The translations under genes and the position numbers were made by a program. A DNA stretch of 36,584 nucleotides, taken from the NCBI GenBank assembly GCA_964600055.1, contig CAZRID010000004.1:1-36584 (forward strand). The letters run 5' to 3'. Below the pieces are notes generated by a model, which had not been told where the DNA came from, ran no database searches, and worked only from the letters and a program-made list of their open reading frames with translations. This DNA comes from an uncultured Acidimicrobiaceae bacterium. GTDB taxonomy: Bacteria > Actinomycetota > Acidimicrobiia > Spongiisociales > ZC4RG35. Positions 1 to 9,947 of this stretch are shown here, one piece after another; the first letter of the stretch is position 1; every line of letters starts with the position of its first letter.

Positions 1-137
1 CGCTGCAGTTGCCCAGTCCAATCGCAGTTCGCGCCGTCAACAGAATCCCACTCGACAAACACGTGCGCGCTGATCGGAGTAGCGACGATAAACACCGCCA
101 AGGCAACAAGGCTGACGAGTCGCAATCGTTTTTCCAC
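1..137 (-). CDS. Secreted protein, N-terminal part only (runs off the window)
   Basis: Manual translation from GTG at 137: MEKRLRLVSLVALAVFIVATPISA-HVFVEWDSVDGANCDWTGQLQ. Basic n-region, hydrophobic h-region and a cleavage-like site; the frame is open to the window edge. An alternative in-frame TTG start lies at 149. Confidence 0.6.
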   Translation of the reverse strand, partial: MEKRLRLVSLVALAVFIVATPISAHVFVEWDSVDGANCDWTGQLQ

Positions 138-388
138 GTTCGCGCTCAATAGTTGACGCCTGGTGATCAATGGAGACCTCCTGCTCGACGCTCCCGACTC
201 AGAATCGCTCGGTTTCCGAATTCGATACTTCTATTATTCGCCGCAAGCCCGATCTGGGTTCCCGGGGGTCACATTTCGAGCTCCGTCTGAACAGCGTTCG
301 GCGATTTGCCATGGGGGGTGACGGAAAACCCGTGAAGCAAGGAGTATCGGGCTAGAGCCGCGACCGCCTTGAGCAATCGGGAGTCGGT

Positions 389-604
389 TTAGGTCGTGTG
401 GCACTCGTTTGCGCAGTAGAAACAGCCATTCACATCCGAGTAGATCTTCTTGGCCGCAACTACGGCTCCGGTGCAGTTCGAATGCCAACCGAGGCCACGG
501 CGATGCTTGGGGTCCGGCAAGCATCCCTTTGTCGAGGCTAAGTCATGCACGTCGTGGTCGCCCGAGGATGCCTGGGCATTTACATTGACGCAGTAGTTTG
601 GCAT
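389..604 (-). CDS. Small conserved Cys/His hypothetical protein (putative metal-binding)
   Basis: 71 aa with Y-x-VNxNAQxxGDHDVH...C-LP...LG...C..AV.AAKKIY...NGCFYC..ECHT, a pattern I recognise from widespread small hypothetical proteins. Confidence 0.75.
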   Translation of the reverse strand: MPNYCVNVNAQASSGDHDVHDLASTKGCLPDPKHRRGLGWHSNCTGAVVAAKKIYSDVNGCFYCANECHTT

Positions 605-1306
605 CGGCCATCGCTCCTCAAGATCTCGCTTGGCATGCCGAACTATTCGCCGTTAACGCGGCTTCGGTTCCCGATCGACCAGCCAACCTCATGCGGTCCG
701 GTCTTCGACGCGGTGCGACTTGAAACTCGGGTTGGCCAGATCCTCAGCATGTGTCTCTCAGCATGAATGTCGGGAGCTGACTCGAGTATTCGTGTTCTCC
801 CCAGGTCGGATCCGGGGACATCGCAAAAGTGCCCCCCAAATTCGATCCACCGTCATGCCGGGCCTCGGGAAGCTGTGGATCGACCACCGGGTCAACGCAA
901 CGAAGCCATACCCTCGATTCCGAAAGCCTGGGACCTCGTTGCCGCCGCGAATTCGAACGAGCCACGATGCCTGAGGTGCGAGTCCCTGTGATTGCCTATT
1001 TCCCACCGAGCGAAAGAGCGAACCCATCGCCCTGCTGGTCCCAGACTGAACCACACGGTTCGGTGCCGGCCCAGAAATAGACGGTTGAGGCCACGGCAAA
1101 ATAGACCTTGTCGGGGCCGGCAGGGCCGTGCGCCCTGCTTCCTGCGGCCGCGCCGACGGACCCGATGGCTTGGTACTGGGAACGCGATGCCGCTCCAAGA
1201 GACCGCCCGCGACCGGCGTGTCTATGACTGCCCATCGGGCGGAAAGTCCGCAAGCATCGCGGCCCGAAGCCTTGAAGAACGATGGCACGGCTTCGAGATC
1301 CTTTGA

Positions 1307-2392
1307 TCATGAGCCTGGCAGAATGCGGCTGAGAGTTAGCTCCGTTGGATCGATGTCGAGGATCCAAAAGTGGCCCGTGTCGTCAATTCGTAGTCGACTG
1401 CGAATCATCGGGTCCCAAGCGCTATCAGCGGCAAGATCTAAGCGCCTCACAGTCCAAGCATTGGTGTCGCGATTGAAGCGAACGAAGAAATAGGCTTCAC
1501 ACCTCTCACATTGTGCGGACGCTTTAATCAAGAGTGCGACCGAGTCGAATGTCGCGATTGCCGAGTCGAGGGACACGACTGGCTTGGGCCTGTCATCGCC
1601 GGCCAATGTGAACTCGAGAAGGCTCTCAGTTGATCCGAGGACAATCGAGAGCTCATTTTCAGATCGGAAGAGCAGGTCGAAACAAATCGAGTCACACAGA
1701 CCAGGCTCCGTCGGGAGTACGAAACTCTCCATGGGATCGGTAGCGAGTTCGTAGAGACCGTCATAAGCATCACTCCCACCTATAGAGAAGACCCACATCC
1801 CGACGGTTGACTCGAATGTGACAAGTTCACCGGCGATGAGGTCGGATTGAGGGTCGGACACGATGTCGAGAGTCCTGTACGAACCGTCTGTCTCGACGAC
1901 CGCCACAGCTGGAGTGGGGCTTGTGCCAGTCTGAGCGACGACGAAAGCCCGTTGACCTATGTTTACAACATCGTCCACGGTTGGACCGAATGGAATCGAA
2001 TCCACTACCGCACCGTTTCGGTCGATCACAGCCAGTCGACTGTTGGCCGGATCGCTGATTGCGAACAGTTCACCCAATGGAGCGAATCCGGCTGGCACCA
2101 CCGGAAGCGATTCGTTCTTGAAACCGAGCGTTTCAGGCCAGGGGCCGAAGGGAGAGACAACCGCGGCATCGACGGCTGCTGGCAACGATTGGAAGTCGAG
2201 TTCGATGACCGTCCTTAACTCATGCGGCAACACGAGGCTTGTCGAAGGTCCACCGGTCGTCGTAGCTTCGGGAGAGGATGCCTGGTGGACGGGACCCACC
2301 GACGGCACCGGCAGGCTTCCATCGCCCGAGCAGCCGAGTAGCACCAGTTGACATAGGGCTGCCCAGGCTGCAAGGCGTTGAATGCCTCCCAA
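1307..2392 (-). CDS. Putative lipoprotein with beta-propeller-like repeats (start uncertain)
   Basis: Hydrophobic stretch ending in lipobox LLGC, a Pro/Ser/Thr linker, then beta-rich repeats (AISDPANSRLAVID). The ORF-track start at 2557 overlaps the upstream gene, so TTG 2392 was chosen. Confidence 0.65.
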   Translation of the reverse strand: MGGIQRLAAWAALCQLVLLGCSGDGSLPVPSVGPVHQASSPEATTTGGPSTSLVLPHELRTVIELDFQSLPAAVDAAVVSPFGPWPETLGFKNESLPVVPAGFAPLGELFAISDPANSRLAVIDRNGAVVDSIPFGPTVDDVVNIGQRAFVVAQTGTSPTPAVAVVETDGSYRTLDIVSDPQSDLIAGELVTFESTVGMWVFSIGGSDAYDGLYELATDPMESFVLPTEPGLCDSICFDLLFRSENELSIVLGSTESLLEFTLAGDDRPKPVVSLDSAIATFDSVALLIKASAQCERCEAYFFVRFNRDTNAWTVRRLDLAADSAWDPMIRSRLRIDDTGHFWILDIDPTELTLSRILPGS

Positions 2393-2420
2393 CGCTACGG
2401 GTCGCGAACGTTCGTGAAGC

Positions 2421-3083
2421 TCAGGGAGTCCAAGAGTCTCGCCGTACCGCTGTGTAGGTTGCCGACCCTCGGTAGGTTCGCGTCGCGACCACGGTTCCAT
2501 CCGCTTCGCCTTTGGCTTCAATAATCGTGTCTTGGTTGTTAGATGTGCCTTCCGCATAAATCATCCCGATGTGTGTCGAGCTGGCAAAGGCGTCCATGTA
2601 AGTGGTCTGAGCATATGTTGGAGTCGTGCCGATTACGGATGTCGGTCCATCCCCTGCCTTGAAAGCGGCCGCGGTATATGGCCCATGTTCGTCGGCGCCT
2701 GTCATCCAGTGTTCAAAACCGACAGCACCGTAAGGACTTATCTCCATAGCCCAGGACTTGAACGTGAAACCAGAGCAGTCACCACCTTCACCATGATTGA
2801 CAGTCCCGGGCGGTTCGCCTGTTGACTCATGCACATTGTCGTTGTCCCAGCAGCCTCCTCCCCACGTATAGCCCTCAAAGTTTGCCGTATAGGCGTAGGT
2901 TTGGGCCTGAGAACGAGTCCAAGTTGTTATGTTGTAGTGACCGGCCCCGCTTCCCCTTGCCAGGCAATAGGTTTCGACCCAATTCGCTCCGTGAGCTGAA
3001 GCGACGATCGAAGTCCCGAAAACGAGGCCGAACGTCATCAAAGCGAGACTCACAAACCGTGTAGGGGTCATCTTGCGTGTCAT
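2421..3083 (-). CDS. Secreted NlpC/P60-like (papain-fold) cell-wall amidase/peptidase
   Basis: Signal peptide (RFVSLALMTFGLVFGTSIVASA), YTWGG, GGDCSGF (catalytic Cys) and THIGMIY (catalytic His). GGGGAGAGG RBS-like sequence before ATG 3083. Confidence 0.75.
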   Translation of the reverse strand: MTRKMTPTRFVSLALMTFGLVFGTSIVASAHGANWVETYCLARGSGAGHYNITTWTRSQAQTYAYTANFEGYTWGGGCWDNDNVHESTGEPPGTVNHGEGGDCSGFTFKSWAMEISPYGAVGFEHWMTGADEHGPYTAAAFKAGDGPTSVIGTTPTYAQTTYMDAFASSTHIGMIYAEGTSNNQDTIIEAKGEADGTVVATRTYRGSATYTAVRRDSWTP

Positions 3084-3100
3084 TGCCTCTCCCCTCGTCA

Positions 3101-4219
3101 TTAGCTGCTCCACCAGTCCAGTTCGACGATTTCGAATCCTGCTTCACTCGTCCTCAATTGATACAGGTTGCCGGTTAAATCAACGCGGAACCGGCTAACT
3201 GGGGCCGAGTCCGTCCAATCACCGGACGGGACGACAAGATCAGAAAGGATTTCGCCTTCCGTTGATATGCGGACCGCGCGGAACACGGGGCCTGCCTCCC
3301 GGATTTCTCGGAATACAACTCCGATTTCCCCATCGGGGAGCATTTCGACGAGCTGACCTTCGCCAATGCGCTCTGAGCTTCTTAACTCCACCACCCAATC
3401 AGAGCCCAGAGCTATTCCCCCGATCCGAACACTGTCCTCCGTGACCTTGAACAGAATCTCCGTTCCATCTCGGGCGACCTTCCCCGGCGTTCCTCCGATT
3501 GGCTCACCCTCGGCCCCCCCGCCCTCGGGCGCCGGGACAACCCCGTACCACCACTGATCGGACGGATACTGATGGATGGCCACGCCTTCCGAGCTAAAGC
3601 GCATCTGATCAGCGATTGGTTCAACCGCGTGACCGACCGCTGAAACGCCAACAAGCCCCGCATCGGCGACAAACAGGTCGAGATCGCCGTCTCCGCCGGG
3701 AGTCAATTCCAGAAGATAGATCTCGCCCATGTCTCCGAAGGCAACGTCGACGATTGATGCAGGGGTTGGACTCGCCAAGAACACCCTTCGGCCCGATGCA
3801 TCCTGGCTAATGACTCGTTGGTTCGCCGCGTCATACACCACGACCTGCCGGTCCACTCCTACGTCAAATGAACTCGGCGCAACGGGGGACGATTCATTGC
3901 CGGGGTCGAAGCCGACCTCGTTTTCTCTGTTTCCCCAGGTCGCATCGAACACCACCGTTCCGACCGGATCCGTTGGCGCGAGATCGGGCGGACGCTGGGC
4001 GTTGGTCCACGCTGCAGACACCGAAACCTGGCTGAGGATGATGGACACCAACATTGATATCACAAATGGCGAGATCGACCTTGCTATGGAAGTTGCCGAC
4101 CGATGTCGGGACGCACAACCCTCCAATCGTGGACTGAGAATTCTCAGGAGAATGATCGGACACGGTGAGCCATGGGAGCAGGCCCATATCGAGATGACAG
4201 CCACCGAAGCCCTCCGCAT
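3101..4219 (-). CDS. Exported beta-propeller-like (NHL-like) protein; true start probably nearer 4050-4100
   Basis: Signal-like ISMLVSIILSQVSVSAA followed by repeats such as VVVYDAANQRV, VDVAFGDMGEIYLLE and FRVDLTGNLYQL. Similar by eye to the 1307..2392 product. Confidence 0.65.
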   Translation of the reverse strand: MRRASVAVISIWACSHGSPCPIILLRILSPRLEGCASRHRSATSIARSISPFVISMLVSIILSQVSVSAAWTNAQRPPDLAPTDPVGTVVFDATWGNRENEVGFDPGNESSPVAPSSFDVGVDRQVVVYDAANQRVISQDASGRRVFLASPTPASIVDVAFGDMGEIYLLELTPGGDGDLDLFVADAGLVGVSAVGHAVEPIADQMRFSSEGVAIHQYPSDQWWYGVVPAPEGGGAEGEPIGGTPGKVARDGTEILFKVTEDSVRIGGIALGSDWVVELRSSERIGEGQLVEMLPDGEIGVVFREIREAGPVFRAVRISTEGEILSDLVVPSGDWTDSAPVSRFRVDLTGNLYQLRTSEAGFEIVELDWWSS

Positions 4220-4502
4220 CGCCGCTAGCCATCCTGATGACGAGTTTTATCAATTGCGGACTCGCCTCATCGAGCGAGGCCGACACGAGGCAGCCGAAAT
4301 CACACCGGCAAGCTAGTAGTTCACCTCGGGCATGCCATCCAACTCAGGAAACGGCTGATCTGAAGAAACCCAGTGTTTGAAGCAGTTCAATTGCGTCCGT
4401 ACCGCTTGAGCCCTCATCCAGGCTCCAATCACGAGCCTGGACTTGCGCCAAGCAGTCCCGGGACGGCGCTAGACACGAATTCGCAGCAACAGCTGACTAG
4501 CA

Positions 4503-7500
4503 CTACTCCGAGTATGGCGCGAGCCGCGTTACGCCGGCGACCACCAGGGCATCAACCACGCGCTGCCAGTCGGGCAACAACCCGGCGTCGGAGGCGACAG
4601 AACGGACCTCGATCAACCATGAGGACAACAGGTAAGTGCGGTTCGCGACGCGGCTGGGATTGGCGATGACGAGATCCGCAACCCAGGGCAGCCCAACCCG
4701 GGCTTGGTCCTCTGGTTCCAAGACTCCTAAGAAGCTGATCAGCTGGTCAACGCAGGTCGGTTTGCCCCGTGCCAGGCGCAGCCACTGCTCGACGGTGGCC
4801 CGCCAAGCAAGCGGCTCCCACCACACGATCGGATCTTTTTCAAGCTCTCGGTAGAGGTACGAGACCTCACCTGCGGCGTTCGGCAGTAGGCCTGCGAGGG
4901 CGTTGTCGCCGTCGAATCTGCCATCAAATGGGGTGTGTCCCGACCCCTCCAGGTCGAGGACGTGTGAGACGACCTTCGGCCAGATTCGTCTCGCGGTTGC
5001 AGAGCGGCTTGCCGACTCTTCGGCAGCCGCAGAAAGTCCGCGTAGGAGGCTGCTCAAAAGCGTCGCGTTGTCGGCGTAAGCATCGATGTGGTCATAGATC
5101 GGCGCCTCGTCGCCATCCGCCGCAATCGTCAGAAGAGCACGTGCGGCGATCAACCCATGGGTCCCTCGATGATCCATGTCGTCCTCGTACGCGAGCAGGG
5201 AGCGGCGGTGCGCAGCGAAGAGAACGGCGAGAACCTCGCGAGCCCGCGCTGAGACACAGATACCGACCATCGCAGCTGGCGCAAGCGCGCGGATGGCAGC
5301 GTCGAGTCGGGAGATGTAGATCCCGTTGTCGGCCGTGTCTGCGAGCGACTCCGCAACGGGGTCGGCAAGGACGAGGGCGCCGCGTCGACCAGTGTCCGGA
5401 TCCCAGGGGGCGAGAGCACAGTCGCGCATCGTCTCAATTGCGAGCTGGAATGCCGTTTCGTGGTGGCATGTCCCGTTGTTGCCGCAAGGGGCCTCCCACA
5501 CCCTATCGAGGCCACGGGCGAGGTGTACCCGCACCTCGTTTGCCACGCTCCGGGCGAGGTTGCCCGCCGCGGCGACAGCACGAAAAAGCGTCTCGGACCC
5601 GTCGGCGGTGTCGATGAGTGCGCGGAGATCTGCCGCTCTCGGTATGAGCAGCAACGGGAGCACGCGCGCGGCGCTGCGGTCGGCTCCTTGCTCGAAGTAG
5701 GTCTCTTCGAACTCGAACTGGCGTGGGGATGCTTCGCCCTCTCCGACACGGATCACGACCTCGACGGCGAAACGGAGCGCAGGCTCCGGCAGGTTTACAC
5801 CACGAGAGAGGTGGGCTTCGAGCGCGGCGGCCGCGACTGCAGTTGGTGTGTCCCAATGATCACCGGCGCTGAGAGCGGGTGGATTTTCGAGGAGTTCCTG
5901 GGCCACAGCTAGATCGGCGGTGAGATCCTCGGTGCTCACAGGCTCGGCAGTGCCGTTCTTCGGTCGGATGTAGTACCGGACCATGAGCCCCGTTGCCTCC
6001 TGTGCGCGTTGCACGTCTTCGCTGCCGCGCTGAATGGCCTGTGCGATGTCGTCGGGCGGCCTGCTCTGGATATAGACCCCTTCTTCAGCCTCTTGTGCTT
6101 CATACGTATCGCGATCGAGTCCGCTCGCCCAGGCGCGCACGGTGACGAGCTGTTCGTCGACCGCCGCTTCTTCGACATCGACGAGCTCTTCAATAACCGA
6201 TCGCCGCGCCGTTTCGACGAGTTCTTGACCAATTATCCGTAGCTCGTCCGCTCGAGCAGCGTCGGCGCGCAGCACGAGCGTCATCGCGGCCTCGCGCATC
6301 GACCACTCTCGGCGCTCGGGCGCGACGAGGTCGTCGGAGCGTGCCGCCAGCCCGCTGGTCTCATGAACTACTCGCATGAACTCGTAGTGCCAGATCATCG
6401 GCTCACCCAGATAGGGGTCGAGCAGCTGGCCGGCACTCTCGAGATGGCGCACTAACAGCCCCACAATGAGTCCGACCATCGCGAGGCTCTCAGAACCGTC
6501 GAGCAGTGTCGCGACGATGTTCCGAAGTGGTATGCCGATCTCGATGAGTTGGTCACAGACACGCTCCAATGCCTGGAGGGCGCTGATACACGGATAAGGC
6601 CCTACGCCTGTTCCGCGGTACCAGATCCATACGTGCCCGTCGCCGACGTAGACCCGGCGTGTTCCGGCAATCTCAAGCTCGGTCCGGTAGGCGTCGATAG
6701 CGCTCTCGTCCACAGGGCCGCCGTAGCGACCAAGGCCGGCGAGAGTATGTGCCCGCGCGAGTGCGGCATGGTTGAGCATCCGATTCAACGCCGCTACCCC
6801 GTTGCGGAAGTCTGACTGGAACAGCGCCATGAACGGCCCGCGGTACCAAGCTGCAAGCGGTGTTACGCCGAAGCTACGAGCTCTGTGGCGCCTGATGCCA
6901 TCCCGGAGGAAGCCCGATCCGTCTTCCTCGTCGTCGAGGTAGTAGGCCTCCGTCATCTCAGCTAAGAAGCCGTGCCTGAAGGTCGCGAGAGCTCGACCAG
7001 TGAACAACTCCTCTACCGCGGGACCGAGCCTCGATGGTGCGTCCTGGCCGATGCGGTGGAGTATGGCCTCACCCTCTTGACCGAGGTCGGGGCCAAGTAG
7101 AGCGAGCAACTCAACCACGATCTCATCGGTGATCTCACGCGGAATCTCCGGGCGTGCCGGACGTCTGGTGCGCGGGTAACCGATCTCGGTGAAGAGAGCT
7201 CGGCGGCTCTCCATAAGCCTGCGTTCCTCCTCGATTTCTTCGGGGGTGCGAGCCGCCCGTGCGGCAGCGGCAGCTTCACGCTCCTCATGCATGCGACGGT
7301 CCGCCGCCGCGCAAGCGGCGACCAGACGGTCGCGCAGAAAAAGGCGGAGCGGATATCCGGCCGGTGTGTCGGCGATCACGAGTGCGCATAGCCAGTCCCG
7401 TAGGACCTCTTGCAGATGTTCCCCAGACCACCACGGGGTCTCGTCCTCCAATAGGAGGCGGATGAGCGGCTCGATCGCGACGATGCGGACGAGACCCTTA

Positions 7501-9902
7501 TCGTCTCGTAGCCGCTGGTCCACAAGCCGGCTGAGACGTTTTAGACCTGCACCGAGTCCGGCGCGTAGTTCAGGCCAGGCGTCTCGGAGCACCGGGTCCG
7601 GATCGCCTAGCGTCAGTAGAGCCTCACCAGGTACGTCGCCCCACCGATCGCCGTGGCCGCTCGCCACCAGATCGTCGAACGCCTGCTGTAAACGAACGAA
7701 CCTACCGGGCAAGGGGTTGGATGCGGAGTCGGGTGCGGCAAGCTGGACTTGGCAGGCAAGCCGAGCCGCACTGAGAGCCCAGCGTGGTACGCCAGCATCG
7801 ACCAGCTTCAAGGTGGGGTGGCCCGCGGCGAGGATGATGAATGCGACCGCGTACCGGCGGACCTCGTCATGAGCGAACGCCGGTCCAATCCTGAAGGGGT
7901 CGTCGGAAGAGGCCAGCAGCACTCCGTCGTGCCGGAGTCCATCGAGCGCCGTGGGGTCGATAGCGCTGACGGCGGCGAGGGGGTCGCCACCGCAGAGTGC
8001 GAGATCAGCCAGACGCAGGAGGGCAAGCTCGCGGGCGTCCGGGGTGCCGCGGTCTGATTGTTCGTTGCGACGGACCAACCCCGACCAAACCTGACGTAGT
8101 GCGTCGGCATCACTGAGTGGCGTCCCTGCGAGACCGCCGCGGACGAGCAGATCCACAACAACCGGTCGGCGGAGCAGAGCGCGTGACCGTGGGTTTGTCG
8201 CAAGCGCTGTCAACTCATCGAAGGTCGTAACGACATCGTCGACCTCGGCGTCTGTCAGCGGTGGCACGAGGTATTCAGCTACCTCTCCGCCGCTGCGTTC
8301 GGCCATCGTGTCTCGCACCAGCTGCCTGGTCCCGTTCGCCGTTACAGCGATGACCTTCATATCAGCCCGGAGACCTGCGTCGACGAGATAGCGAAGCTGC
8401 TCGAGCCCGCCCTCGGAGATCGCATCCGCACCATCGATTACGAGCAGGCGTCTTGGGGCGGTGAGTTCCGAGAGCAGAGTTGTGAGTGGAACACCGAGGA
8501 AGGACTCGAACTCCAAAGTCATCGGAGGAAGATGCCGGAGGTTTATGCACAACGCCTGCGTGGTATCTGGGTCGCCGCTCGCTGCGCCGATGGCGGTACG
8601 AACAACGAGGGCGCTCTTGCCGACACCGGACTCCCCATGCGCAACAATCGCGGCGTTCGCCGAATCGGCGAGGGCGAGCAGTGCCGCCCCTGCGTTTCCT
8701 CGATCGAGGTGGATTGTTCTAGTGCCATCGGCGGAAGTGATGTCGTCGCGCACCGACGCGATCGCGCGCTCGTGAAGGTGGCCGAGCGCCTGCCAGCCCC
8801 GGCGATGGCGGCGAACGGTCACGTCGAGAACCTCGTGTAGGTCGCGTCGCAGAACACTCAGGTCAACGGTGGCGGCCCTGGGCGCGTACTCATCCGCTAG
8901 AGCGACGAGGCGATCGCGCAATCGCGACGCGCCATAGAGATCCCCGCCCCGCGCGAGGGGGATCAGCGCATTCGTCATCGCAGCCCAGTCCGCCTCGTCG
9001 GGCGACTCGAGCCGCGGCATGAGCACAACGAGCCTTGACAACAGCTCCCAAGTGCGCTGTTCGATGACATCCTGGCCCGGATCGGCGGCACCAAGGTCGT
9101 TGAGTGCAAGCCTGACGAGGGCTTCGATTTGAAGAAGACGTCCGCGGAGAGCCGCGGAAAACTTGTCCGGTGCTCGAGCAAGGTCAAAGAAGCTCCGTGC
9201 AGCACTCTGCTTCGAAGCTAGATCGGCGAGTTTCCCGAGTTGCTGAGCGTGATCTTGGAACCCCGCCACAACGAGCCCGACACGATGCTCCGGCCCACCG
9301 TCGGGTGCGGTCGTAACCTCGTGAACGAACGCGCGGATGAGCTTCCTCGTCGACGCGTCACTCTGCACAAGATCAGGCGAGCGACGCACCCCAACCGACA
9401 GGACCAGTGACGGCTCCAGCTCACCAGCGCGGGCTGCGCGAACGACGAGGTCGTCTACTGGGTGCCCCGGTGCCTGCTGGAACGCGACACCCACGACGGA
9501 CCGGCCGTCGCCCAATTCCACGGCTCCATCGCCGACGAGCAAAAGGGTGAGGTATCGAACCGCGACCTTGCGCTCGAAGGTAACGCCGCCGCCACCGGTG
9601 GCGTAGGGGCTCATTCCTACCTGGCCGTCGCTCGGCTCACCTCGCCTCTCTATCAACCAGGAGCGGAGCAAGGCGTTGTCCGTGTCGAGGTGCCAAAGGT
9701 GCGCCCGCCCCTGCCGGCTGGACCGAGCCAATCCGGCTTCACGGAGCTTCGCCAAGGCCGAAGTGGCCGTTGTCGGAGCCACCCCCAGCGCGGCCGCCAC
9801 TATCCGACCTGACATGGGCTTTGGGCTTTCAGCCAACTCCACCAAAGTCTTGTATGGCGTACGCCCGAGTGTTGTTCGGAGCATGTCTGTGGCTGAGCCC
9901 AT
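4503..9902 (-). CDS. Large STAND/NACHT-like (Avs/AVAST-like) NTPase with N-terminal winged HTH; putative anti-phage sensor-effector
   Basis: 1799 aa. Residues ~15-85 form a wHTH (MSGRIVAAALGVAPTTATSALAKLREAGLA). Then a SPYATGGGGVTFE...VDDLVV domain, Walker A GESGVGKS, Walker B LLVIDGAD and a long helical C-terminus with WxWYRG. Confidence 0.8.
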   Translation of the reverse strand: MGSATDMLRTTLGRTPYKTLVELAESPKPMSGRIVAAALGVAPTTATSALAKLREAGLARSSRQGRAHLWHLDTDNALLRSWLIERRGEPSDGQVGMSPYATGGGGVTFERKVAVRYLTLLLVGDGAVELGDGRSVVGVAFQQAPGHPVDDLVVRAARAGELEPSLVLSVGVRRSPDLVQSDASTRKLIRAFVHEVTTAPDGGPEHRVGLVVAGFQDHAQQLGKLADLASKQSAARSFFDLARAPDKFSAALRGRLLQIEALVRLALNDLGAADPGQDVIEQRTWELLSRLVVLMPRLESPDEADWAAMTNALIPLARGGDLYGASRLRDRLVALADEYAPRAATVDLSVLRRDLHEVLDVTVRRHRRGWQALGHLHERAIASVRDDITSADGTRTIHLDRGNAGAALLALADSANAAIVAHGESGVGKSALVVRTAIGAASGDPDTTQALCINLRHLPPMTLEFESFLGVPLTTLLSELTAPRRLLVIDGADAISEGGLEQLRYLVDAGLRADMKVIAVTANGTRQLVRDTMAERSGGEVAEYLVPPLTDAEVDDVVTTFDELTALATNPRSRALLRRPVVVDLLVRGGLAGTPLSDADALRQVWSGLVRRNEQSDRGTPDARELALLRLADLALCGGDPLAAVSAIDPTALDGLRHDGVLLASSDDPFRIGPAFAHDEVRRYAVAFIILAAGHPTLKLVDAGVPRWALSAARLACQVQLAAPDSASNPLPGRFVRLQQAFDDLVASGHGDRWGDVPGEALLTLGDPDPVLRDAWPELRAGLGAGLKRLSRLVDQRLRDDKGLVRIVAIEPLIRLLLEDETPWWSGEHLQEVLRDWLCALVIADTPAGYPLRLFLRDRLVAACAAADRRMHEEREAAAAARAARTPEEIEEERRLMESRRALFTEIGYPRTRRPARPEIPREITDEIVVELLALLGPDLGQEGEAILHRIGQDAPSRLGPAVEELFTGRALATFRHGFLAEMTEAYYLDDEEDGSGFLRDGIRRHRARSFGVTPLAAWYRGPFMALFQSDFRNGVAALNRMLNHAALARAHTLAGLGRYGGPVDESAIDAYRTELEIAGTRRVYVGDGHVWIWYRGTGVGPYPCISALQALERVCDQLIEIGIPLRNIVATLLDGSESLAMVGLIVGLLVRHLESAGQLLDPYLGEPMIWHYEFMRVVHETSGLAARSDDLVAPERREWSMREAAMTLVLRADAARADELRIIGQELVETARRSVIEELVDVEEAAVDEQLVTVRAWASGLDRDTYEAQEAEEGVYIQSRPPDDIAQAIQRGSEDVQRAQEATGLMVRYYIRPKNGTAEPVSTEDLTADLAVAQELLENPPALSAGDHWDTPTAVAAAALEAHLSRGVNLPEPALRFAVEVVIRVGEGEASPRQFEFEETYFEQGADRSAARVLPLLLIPRAADLRALIDTADGSETLFRAVAAAGNLARSVANEVRVHLARGLDRVWEAPCGNNGTCHHETAFQLAIETMRDCALAPWDPDTGRRGALVLADPVAESLADTADNGIYISRLDAAIRALAPAAMVGICVSARAREVLAVLFAAHRRSLLAYEDDMDHRGTHGLIAARALLTIAADGDEAPIYDHIDAYADNATLLSSLLRGLSAAAEESASRSATARRIWPKVVSHVLDLEGSGHTPFDGRFDGDNALAGLLPNAAGEVSYLYRELEKDPIVWWEPLAWRATVEQWLRLARGKPTCVDQLISFLGVLEPEDQARVGLPWVADLVIANPSRVANRTYLLSSWLIEVRSVASDAGLLPDWQRVVDALVVAGVTRLAPYSE

Positions 9903-9947
9903 CGGCCAATCCTATCGCATATGTCCAGAAATACTGGACATATGCGA
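9903..9947 (-). promoter_or_regulatory. Putative leaderless promoter (-10 TAGGAT) with adjacent 14-bp palindromic operator
   Basis: Perfect inverted repeat TCGCATATGTCCAG (9915-9928), 5-nt spacer, CTGGACATATGCGA (9934-9947). TAGGAT on the minus strand at 9914-9909 lies 6 nt before ATG 9902, with no Shine-Dalgarno sequence. Confidence 0.7.

Noticed and set aside
605-1306. Overlapping 70-176 aa ORFs on both strands
   Set aside because: Low-complexity Arg/Pro/Ser translations with no motif; treated as intergenic or decayed sequence.
4234-4300. CTGATGA followed by a CGAG...CTCG stem, resembling a hammerhead ribozyme core
   Set aside because: The stem is followed by CCTC, not the required GAAA, and I could not build stems I and III.
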